Source of the DNA: Camelus ferus
Lineage: Eukaryota
Assembly (NCBI RefSeq): GCF_009834535.1
Contig: NC_045716.1
Span: 22,072,001-22,136,000, forward strand
Reading direction: 5' to 3'
DNA length: 64,000 bases
In this document: in pieces, positions 41,781 to 51,884 of the stretch
How the letters are laid out: each line of letters starts with the position of its first letter
How positions within the stretch are numbered: the stretch's first letter is position 1
Notes under the pieces: model-generated
Databases searched by the model: none
Seen by the model: the letters and a program-made list of their open reading frames with translations, nothing else
Told to the model about the DNA's origin: nothing
Position numbers and translations under genes: made by a program

Positions 41781-43591
41781 GTAAGTCCCACTGACATTTT
41801 GTCAGTGTCTTGTCTGCCTCTCCCAACAGCTGTTCAGTTTCAGTCATTGATGGGGAAAGGTTCTTTGGCGAGTTGGAGGAGTCAAGGGCTACAGGTTTCC
41901 TCTTGAGGACACAAGAACTGCATTGTCTCCGCCTGCCTCCCCGTCTGTCACCTTCGTTGCAATGCCAGGATACCTGCACAGAAGCCTTTAGTGAGAAGCA
42001 CCCATGTGCCTGCTTGTAAGCCACAGCAAGACACCCTAAGATAACCCACCACTTCCCACCTTCAGTCCCCAAATCACTTCTCCTTCCATAGGAGCCAAGC
42101 AGTCTGGGAGCACTCCCAGTTTCCTTTGGTTCTCCCACCTGTACTTTACAAATAGTACAAGTGGCAAATGGCCCCAGGACTTAGGAACAAACAAAACCGG
42201 GTGGGCAGCAGAGCAGCATTGGGCACCCTCTTGGGCCCAAGCGGATCCTGTCCCTCCTGAGGGGGATGGGTGGGGCTGTCCTCATTGTCCATTGGCCCAG
42301 AGCTGGGCACCCACAGGCACGTGGCTCTCCCTCCTTCCCTCCCCACCCTATCCAGCGGCTGCTAAGCCCGCCTCCCTGCCTCCCTTCTCCCACCCCAGGG
42401 CCGTCTCCGTGGCAACTTGGTGTGGCAGGGGCACTGATTGGCTGACCCTGCTGTCAGGTCACAGGCTCAGGCTGGTTCACCATGCAACTCACTCAGGGCT
42501 TGGGCAAGGGTGAGTGTTTAACCCCTTAGGCCTAACTCCAATGCCCATGGCCAGGAAGTAGCAAGGAAGGAGGGAAGAGGCAGAGGAGACACGTGGGAAG
42601 GGGAGGTGTTCATAAGGTTCTCTAGCTTCTGGGAAACTCCCCTAGCCAGGGCTCTGGCACCCATGCCAGAGGTGCCACCTGGAACTAGGCTGGTGCCAAC
42701 CAGGCCAAGGGGGCACTCCTAACCCCATCATCTGGGAGGGGTCGGTGGGGCGGCGGCCTCCCCCTTCTTCCTGGCAGGCTGGGGCACTGGTGCCAGGATG
42801 CCCACCCCACCTTGGGCACCCTTCCCACCTCTGCACCCCAGAGGGCCCAGCCCCCTAATGCCCCATGAGGGCGGCCCATCCCTACCCAGCCTGGCATGCC
42901 CCCTCTTGCTAAGACCTTGTGGGCATGGGCGTGTGTGGTGGTTGGGGGGGGGCAGCTGTGCCAGGGAGCCAGGGAAGGTCTGTTTGGTCTGTTTGCCTGG
43001 TAGGGGGAGAACTGGGGGCCCCGCCCCATCTCTCCCCGCTTTCCCGCCACCCCCCCAGGCTCCCCTCACTGTCAGGCCTGCTAGACCGGCCAAGCCGGTG
43101 GGCAGCTCTCTTGAAACTGGGCCCTGAGTCAAACTTGCCCCATCTTTGGTGGGGGGAAGATTTTGGGGTTAGAAAAGTGGGAGCGGGGTGAAGGTGAGAA
43201 CCCCTATCACCTACCCCTCAGTGCCCAAGGGCACCTGCCAGGGTGTGTCCACCACCAAGAAACCAAAAGGTAGAGGGCACTGGCCCTGGCGTGGGAAGGA
43301 AAAGGAGGCTGGAACTCTTTCCAGGTGCTGACCTCAGGCAGTGTCCAGTGCAGGGCTGGGGGCACCAGGGCCAACACTGCTGGCTCCAGCCAGCTGAAGA
43401 GCAGGGATACGAGGCCCTGAATGGGGCAGCTGAGCAAAGCTGGCCCCCCTTCCCCACACCCTGGGGATTAGGGGAGTGAGGCTTAGTGTGGGGGGCAGCA
43501 GGCGGAAACAGGATTAGCCGCGGAGAAAATAGATATGGGCCTGAGACACAGGCACACAGAGCCCCCCCTCCCCAGGCTAGGAGGCCCCCAC

Positions 43592-43687
43592 CTCTGGGCG
43601 CTGCCAGAGAGGCTGAGAGGGGCCTGGCCAGGCTTCTCCAGGTGCAGCAGCTTGGGGTGAGGGAGGATGAAGACCAGGCTGTGATGC
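43592..43687 (-). other. ZBTB7B: Homologue of the ZBTB7B alternative N-terminal-extension exon, lacking its ATG
   Basis: ASQPGLHPPSPQAAAPGEAWPGPSQPLWQRPE followed by donor GAG|GTGGGG; resembles the human long-isoform N-terminus as I recall it. Confidence 0.6.
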
Positions 43688-45603
43688 CTCCTTCCAGGGT
43701 GATGGAGAGGCCTGAGGCTCTTCCCACCTTGGCTGGCCACCCTTCCCCCTTACTTCTTTCTCCTTTCTACCCCCCAACCCCCACCCCAACTCCAGCCTCA
43801 GGTTCTCTTCCTGTTTTTTTGGAACTAAGTTTGCACGAAGCCAGGGCTTTGGCCTGTGGCTGGACCATGGGGGTGGGGAAATAGGGCAGCCAGTCTAAGG
43901 TCCTCAGGGACCCGGGAATCCTAGTTCCCCAGCTTCTCCCACCCCTTCCTAGGGCCTCTGGGGCCCAGGGGCTGAAGCCATCTGGACTAACCCAGTGGGG
44001 AAGGCAGGGTGAGAGGTTGAGGTGAAGCCCTTGGAGGACTGGAAGGGCTTCAAAGGAGAGGCCCTGGGCCCAGGGATGCCCTAGGCATCTATGGAGCCCT
44101 CCCTGACTACCCCAGCCCCTCCAAGCTAGTGCATGCCTTCCCCATNNNNNNNNNNNNNNNNNNNNNNNNNNNNNNNNNNNNNNNNNNNNNNNNNNNNNNN
44201 NNNNNNNNNNNNNNNNNNNNNNNNNNNNNNNNNNNNNNNNNNNNNNNNNNNNNNNNNNNNNNNNNNNNNNNNNNNNNNNNNNNNNNNNNNNNNNNNNNNN
44301 NCTCAAAATCCCCAATTCCTGGTGCTTCAACTCCTGACAGGAGGGAGACCTCAGTATTCCCTACATTTTCTTTCCATGACACCTGCCCTAGTCCGCAGCC
44401 TCTCAGGCCGCATCAGGGGAAATCTGAGGGACATAAAAGATGGCGGAGGGAGGAATAGGGGCAACTCCCTCTTACCCAGCCTTCTCCTCTTTACCTTTGG
44501 AGACCCCTGCCCTCAGCCTCTCTCTATTCTTGGCCCCTTTTCTTGGCCTCCTCTTCCTGTCCCCTCACTGCCTTCTCCAACCCTGTCTCTGCTCTCCGCA
44601 ACTCATCCTTTGCTTTCCTTCCGTCAGCCCTTGCCAGGCTCCTGCGTCTTCTCTACCACATCCATGTCCCTTGGCCTCCTAGGAACCATCCCTGCCTCTC
44701 CTTGATTTTCCCTTCTGGTTCTCTTGCTCAAGCCTCTCCCACTTCCTCCATTTCACCCTGCTCCGAGCATCCCGTCTCTCTTCCCCAGGCAGGCACGGTG
44801 TAGAGAGGGGCAGATAAATCAAGTCGAGAAGCCAGGCCTGTCCTTCAAGGCCTGGTCTTGCCATGAGATGTCCGCATTTCGGGCACCCACATCCCCCTTC
44901 TGGATGAAGAACAGGACCCAGATTTGGGGGATGGCTGGGGAAGATGGGTGAAGGGGGTGCTGTGAGAGCGGATGTGGGGTGGGGTGGTGGGGACAACCTA
45001 GGCCTCTCTGCCCGTCAGAGTTTCCAGCCCTGGAGCTGCTGGACTTTCCCCAGAGGCTGCCCACCCTAGGCCAGGCAACTGTGCACATGGACAGACCCTG
45101 GCCATCACAGTTCCCAACGGGGGTCTGCCTAGGCAGTGCCAGCTCCCCTTAGGGCCTGAGGAGACCGCACAAGGTGCCAGGGTCTGCCCTGTGCCCACCC
45201 CCTCCCCCCAGTCTAGTGTCTCTGGCTGGGNNNNNNNNNNNNNNNNNNNNNNNNNNNNNNNNNNNNNNNNNNNNNNNNNNNNNNNNNNNNNNNNNNNNNN
45301 NNNNNNNNNNNNNNNNNNNNNNNNNNNNNNNNNNNNNNNNNNNNNNNNNNNNNNNNNNNNNNCCCAGCGATCCCTCGGCTCCTGTAGGCCCCTTCTGCTC
45401 TCCTGTCCTGCGGGGTCCCTGAGACCCTGAAGCTTCCCCATAATCCAGACCCTCAGACCCTCAGCTCCCTAAACTGCCCCTTGTGAAGTTGGGACACCCT
45501 CTTCCTAGCCTGTTTTTCAGTCCCTCTCTGACCCTTGGCCAATTCTAGGCCTCCAAACCTCCCCTGGGGCCTGATCTCCCAAGCCAGAGTGGGGCCTACT
45601 CAC

Positions 45604-45800
45604 CTGAACGCTGAGGGGCCTTGCCGGCAACTCCTCTTGGCCCCTGGGGGGAGCAGGTTGGAAGGGGTGGGGGAGGGCTGGGCTGGGGGGGAGGTAGGGT
45701 GGCTGTTCCCCGCTCCAGCTCCCTCTTTCAAAGGGGCCGCCCACGACTTAGCCCAGCCCCTCCCCCCTACAGCCTTAACCCTCTGGGTGCTGTCCCCCCT
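45604..45800 (-). promoter_or_regulatory. ZBTB7B: Candidate ZBTB7B proximal (P2) non-coding first exon; 5' end approximate
   Basis: Strong donor CAG|GTGAGT at 45604/45603, ~6 kb downstream of the distal exon; GC-rich; TTCAAAG at 45727-45733. Confidence 0.45.
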
Positions 45801-48800
45801 CCCCCCAGATGGAGGGAGGGGTTACCAGAGGGCTGGCAGCGTGGGAGAGGGCCTAGAGTCTCTGCCTGCGGTGCCCGAAGCCCCAGCTGTACCCACCCCT
45901 GCCTGTCCTTACTGAGTCCTAAAAGAGGAAAAAGGTGAGCGGTAGGAAAGGTAGGAGCTGGGACAGTCCAGGAGGACAGAGGTGAGGAGGAGCAATGGGA
46001 GAGGCTGCTGGAGGTGGGACCAGGAGAAGGAAGAAGGGAGGGGAGGGGACAGGAGGCGGCAGTGGCCAGAGGAGGGAGGAGGGGAACCCTGGACAGTCAG
46101 CGCCAGGGGTGACAGGTGCCCAGGTCCCAGCCCCTCAGGGCATGTGGTATAACAGGGGACCACGAAGAGGCCCTCCAGACCCCAGCAGGCCCCTTGGCAC
46201 CCCTGGGAGCTGGCCGAATTCTCCCCACCCTGTACTGGGCTGGGGCCCTCAGGGGCTGGGCAAGGCAGCACCCCGCCCTCCCCATGCCTCACCCCAAACC
46301 CACTCACATACCACAGTTCCTTGCCCGGGCGCCAGCCCCTGCCAACCAGGCCAGGGGGCAGCGCTTGTGCCAGCCCCCAATGGCCAGGGGGATCAGGGGG
46401 ACAGAGCTGGCCTGAGGTNNNNNNNNNNNNNNNNNNNNNNNNNNNNNNNNNNNNNNNNNNNNNNNNNNNNNNNNNNNNNNNNNNNNNNNNNNNNNNNNNN
46501 NNNNNNNNNNNNNNNNNNNNNNNNNNNNNNNNNNNNNNNNNNNNNNNNNNNNNNNNNNNNNNNNNNCAGGAGGGCTCAGAGCCCAGAGATGGGTGGGCCA
46601 CAAAGTTCCACTTAAACAACTCCTGGGGTCTCTCATTCCTGGAATGAGGGGTGCCCTAGGTCCCCCAGACACTAGGCCATCCCAAGTCCTTCTGGGCTGG
46701 GAGGGGGGACCACAGAATGCCCCCTAAAATATCCCCTCCCCTTTCCCCCCAACAGCNNNNNNNNNNNNNNNNNNNNNNNNNNNNNNNNNNNNNNNNNNNN
46801 NNNNNNNNNNNNNNNNNNNNNNNNNNNNNNNNNNNNNNNNNNNNNNNNNNNNNNNNNNNNNNNNNNNNNNNNNNNNNNNNNNNNNNNNNNNNNNNNNNNN
46901 NNNNNGAGGGTCACCCCTGTGCCTTGGTGCCAGCTAGGCGGGCCCAGGCCCCCAGGTCCTACAGATAACACCCAAGACCCTGTTCTTAAGCCATCTCCTC
47001 AAGAAGCAGCGCATGGGTCAGGGCCTACACGAAAAGAGCCTCGGGGGCTATGGACAGCTCGATGAGCAGTTATTGAAGGCACCATTCCCAAAGGTGGGGG
47101 CCAGTGTCCCTCCCTGCCACCAGGTGNNNNNNNNNNNNNNNNNNNNNNNNNNNNNNNNNNNNNNNNNNNNNNNNNNNNNNNNNNNNNNNNNNNNNNNNNN
47201 NNNNNNNNNNNNNNNNNNNNNNNNNNNNNNNNNNNNNNNNNNNNNNNNNNNNNNNNNNNNNNNNNNNNNNNNNNNNNNNNNNNNNNNNNNNNNNNNNNNN
47301 NNNNNNNNNNNNNNNNNNNNNNNNNNNNNNNNNNNNNNNNNNNNNNNNNNNNNNNNNNNNNNNNNNNNNNCCTAAGGTGAGAATGGGTAGCAGGTCTCAG
47401 CTGGGGAGATGGATGTCAGTCATGGGTACGTGGTGTCATGTGGGAACAAGATGGTGAGGACAAGGTGGTGGGATGCAGAGGGTACCCATGTTCCAATTCA
47501 TCCTCATCCACTTTTACATCCAGAAACATTTCTAGACTTAACCAAACTGAGAGCTCAAGGAGGACTACAACTCCCAGTGTGCACCACAATTGCTTTGCAT
47601 GTACCTTGGGAGTTGTAGTTCCCTTGAGAAGCCCTGTACTCTCCTCCTCCCCAGAGCCTTGATGATGGGGTGGGGAGGGCAGAGCAGACTCGGTCATGAA
47701 TCTCCAAGCTGAGATTGTTTAGAAGAGGTGAAAGGCAGGAGGTCTATGGTGGGGGGAGAGGACCCCTGCTCCCAGGCAAAGGGGGAGGAAAGGAGGAAGG
47801 AAGGAGGAGAGGATGTCTGTTGAAAGGGGCATATGGGTGGGGAGGAGTTGGGGGGGTGGGTGGAAACAGGAAGGAAACTGAAGCCAGAGACACGAGGTCG
47901 AAAGCAAGGGCCTGGTGGAGCCCCATTCCGAGGTCTGGCAGGGACTGGGAAGGCATTTCCCCCCGCCATTCTGGTGGCCTGGGGAGGCATAAGAGGAATG
48001 AGTGATGTCAAGAAATACTAAATTGGTGTGTTTGTGGGGGTCACTGCCTCCGTTTACCTGCCACCAGCCCTGTTTTGTCTGGGGCACCCTCAACCCTTGG
48101 ATCTGGCACAGGTATTTGCTGGCTGGCAAGCTCTGAAGGCTGACTTGGTCTTGGGATGCTAGCAGACAGAGGAAGGGATTGGGGGAGGTCAGGGCCAGGC
48201 CTGATGAGCAGTGTGGTGGAGGGAGATATGTATGGGGTTAGGCACTGGTATGAGGTCAAGGAATTGTGCTGGCAAATGAGGATGCCATCCTCTAGGACTG
48301 AGGCCATAGCAACTGGGAGCTCTCAGTGAAGAGAGAGCTAAGATGCCAAGGAAGGCCACTAGCCTCCCACCCACCCCAGGCTGTGGGACCGAATGAAGAG
48401 GGCAGCCCTTTCTGGTCTCCCTGTGGAATTTGCTAAAGGTAGCTTTCTCCTTGTGCCAGGCAGACTGTGAACATTAAAGGTGGCAACTCAGGGGGCCAGA
48501 TGGCAGCTGAGTGCCTTTCCTTAGTGGGGGTGGAGGTTAGAAGTGGGCAGAGGTTCTGCTTCCAGGCCACTTTCCCTGGGCTCCCCAAGGCTCTGGGACA
48601 GATGCTTACAGGCCCTAGCCAAGACTCTTGCCAAGAGCTGGGTCTGGCTGGGTGGCTGGGTGGGGGTCATTCTTGCCTTTCCAAAGCCCTTGATGGTGGA
48701 TGACAGTAGCTCTAACCCCTTCCCCTCAGTCCCCCAGGCCCGCTTTGGCGCCTGGCCGCCTGTGTGTTGGCAGGACTGGGGGGTGGGGGGGTGGGGGCGG

Positions 48801-51690
48801 CGAGCAACTTCAAACTGTCCGGGCAAAACGTCAAGTTTACTCACGAGTTTACTCAGCAGAAGGAGGGGGAAGAGGCCAGGGCAGGCACACCCCATGCCAG
48901 GGTCCTATCCGTCTGCCTGTCCCCACCTTCCTCCCCCACCCTCCTCTTCAGCCCTAGGCCAAAACAGGCATAGGCCCCAAGGCCTGGTGGCAGGGCAGTC
49001 TTAACTCTCAGAAGGTCAGGGAACCAAGCAGACCAGAGGGAGGAAGCCCTGAAGCAGGCCCAGAGGCTTCTATCAGAGGGCAGTGCCCTGCTGGAGCCCA
49101 TTCACTATCCATCTTAGGACCTTGGCCTTGGGCCAGAACTGGGTCTCTCAGTCACCAAGAAGGGGACAGTACCAGGCCAGGCCTCCTCCATCTAAGCAGT
49201 CCCTTGGGCAGTGACTCCTGACCCCAAATGCCCAGTACTAGGTTGTGCCTCAGGCAGCATGATGCCATCTGGGCAGCCATAGGATCAGGGGCTGGTTCTC
49301 TCAGCCTTGGCTTGGAATGGGGGGCCAGCACCCTATCTGACCTACTTCCCTTTCCTCCCCACCTGCTTTCACTCTCCAGTTCTCCCCCAGCCTTCACTGT
49401 CCCCACCCCAGAGGCGCTCCGCCCCCCATGCCCGCTGGGCCCCCTCCCCCACCCTTCCCCAGGGTGCCAAGTGCAAACACACAAAGGGCCCGATGGTGCA
49501 TTGTTAGCCCAGCCCCCGCTGCCCGCCGCACCCTCCCAGGGCGGGCAGTAGGCCAAGGAGGAGCTGGGGGCCCTGGGTGCCAGGGGGCACCATGGGGAAG
49601 GGGGAAGAGGTCAGCACCTGTCTCCCAGTCACTGGGGTCCATTTCACCAGAGCTGAGCAGTGATGAGAGTGCCCCATTAGAGCAGGCCTCTCTCCTTGAC
49701 ACCTGAGCCTAGTGGGCACTGCCTTCTTTCCTCCCCAGAGCCCCTTTTGGTGGTATTAACCCCTTCCTGACCCCGTGCTAAGGTTGGGGGTGTGGTACCC
49801 AAGGGAGGGGACAGTGTCTGGGGGTGCCAGCAGGCTGCATCGTGCCCACAGCAACCATGTAACAGAGGGACGCTGGGGGAGCTGGGGTCCCGGGGGCCAA
49901 GGACAGGAGGCACTGACAGAGATTTCTTCTTGTTTCATCAGCTGCTCCAGGGGGAGCCCCCTGCTCTTCTCCCCAGTCACCACTAACAAGGAACACTAAC
50001 TGCCACCCAAACTCAGTCACAAATATATCCCTCTCCAGCCCAGCACAACACTCCATATGCCCACTCTCCCTTCTCAACCTGATGTCCACTCCATGCCAGC
50101 TCTCCCAGCAGTGCCAGGCAGGTACAGGGGTGACCAAACCAGTTGGTGTGTGTGGGGGAACAGGAGGTAACCCCATAATCCTCCAGACCTCTCACCCCAC
50201 TACACACATACACCCTCAGGGAACAGAGAGTTCCCATCCTGGTTTAACCCCTCACTGCCCAATCTGGCTCCCTGTGCCCCTGATAAACTGTCTCCCTCCT
50301 CCAGGAATAAGTTGGGGGAAGGGGGAAGAGCTGCGCTGACTCATTCCCATTCTCAGCTGCAGCTAGGGGTCTCCAAGACATTCAGGTGGGGGTCAATTCA
50401 AGAACGCCCTCCACCTGGCCCGGAAGCCNNNNNNNNNNNNNNNNNNNNNNNNNNNNNNNNNNNNNNNNNNNNNNNNNNNNNNNNNNNNNNNNNNNNNNNN
50501 NNNNNNNNNNNNNNNNNNNNNNNNNNNNNNNNNNNNNNNNNNNNNNNNNNNNNNNNNNNNNNNNNNNNNNNNNNNNGGGCGCCCCNNNNNNNNNNNNNNN
50601 NNNNNNNNNNNNNNNNNNNNNNNNNNNNNNNNNNNNNNNNNNNNNNNNNNNNNNNNNNNNNNNNNNNNNNNNNNNNNNNNNNNNNNNNNNNNNNNNNNNN
50701 NNNNNNNNNNNNNNNNNNNNNNNNNNNNNNNNNNNNNNNNNNNNNNNNNCCCCTCGCCCTGACCGGGACACGTCGCTCTCTTACTTGGGGTGGGGTGGGA
50801 GGGGAGAGAGAAAGCTGGAAATTGAAAGCAGCGCCCCCCACCCCTTTGAATGGCAGCCCTCTACTAGTGGCGCTCTGAGTAGGTTCTACAACAACACAGT
50901 AGCGACCCCCACTCTGCGTAGGGGCAGGTGCGCCGGCGCGGGCGGGGGAACGGGTGGTAGGTAGAATTCTTCCCAGTCACCCACCCGTTCTCTTGGGTAC
51001 TGGGGGCAGGAGCTGGCTTTGAAAAGGTGGCGGCGGTACTGGAGCCTGAACGAAGAAAGTGGGATTGAGGGGCGGCGGAGAGAGGGGTCGTTTTATGTCG
51101 CTCGGAGGTTGTCGCCGAGCCCCACTACCAGCGAGAGAGAGCGGTTCGGGAAGCGCAAGAAACCAAATAGTCCAGCCGGTAACTTTCCCCCAAGCCGCGG
51201 CTCCTCCTGTGCTCCCCCCCACCCCCCATGCAACTGGCCCGGGTCCAACCCACCGCGCCAGGGGGCACGGGGGGGGGGAGCGTTGTCCTAGTTAGAGTCT
51301 GTCAGCATTTCCATTCCCTCAACTCGGTCGGGTCGGGGGTCTCCCGCTAGAGTCATGAAGGAGACTGGAGGAGCGCTCAGTGCCGCCTCACCCTCTCTCC
51401 ATCCCGGAGCTGCCAGTCTGTCTGTTCCCAGAAGTGCACAGAAAGTTTCTGGGGACCCACCGCCCCGGGATGGGGGGCGGCCGTAGTTCCTTCTCTACCT
51501 TTCCTTCCAGTTAAAATCAATTCCAAAGACCCGGGATGTTGAGAAGGCACGGGGAAGGGGAGTGGTGGGAATCTGGTCTGCATGCGTGTGTGTGTGGGGG
51601 GGGTCCCACCTACAGGACAGACGAAGGACACTGCAGTAGTCTCGAGTCTAGAGGACCCTGAGCCAGGAGACAAAAGTGGGGTACACTCAC

Positions 51691-51884
51691 CTCTCCGCCT
51701 TTGGGTCCGCTGGCTGGAGCTGATGAGGCACAGGGTGTGGGGAGAAGCGCGTCCCCGGCCAGGCCCGGGGGCTTGGGGCCCTGCTCCGGTCCTGGTCAGA
51801 AGGCCGCGGTCAGTCGCTCGCCGCTCTCTGCTGGGGGGCTCCTCCTCCGCAGCCCTCTGCCTCCTCCTGCCGCCCGCCCCCCCC
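51691..51884 (-). promoter_or_regulatory. ZBTB7B: ZBTB7B distal (P1) non-coding exon 1 (5' end in N-gap)
   Basis: CpG-rich segment ending in donor GAG|GTGAGT, ~11.6 kb upstream of the coding-exon acceptor. Confidence 0.6.
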
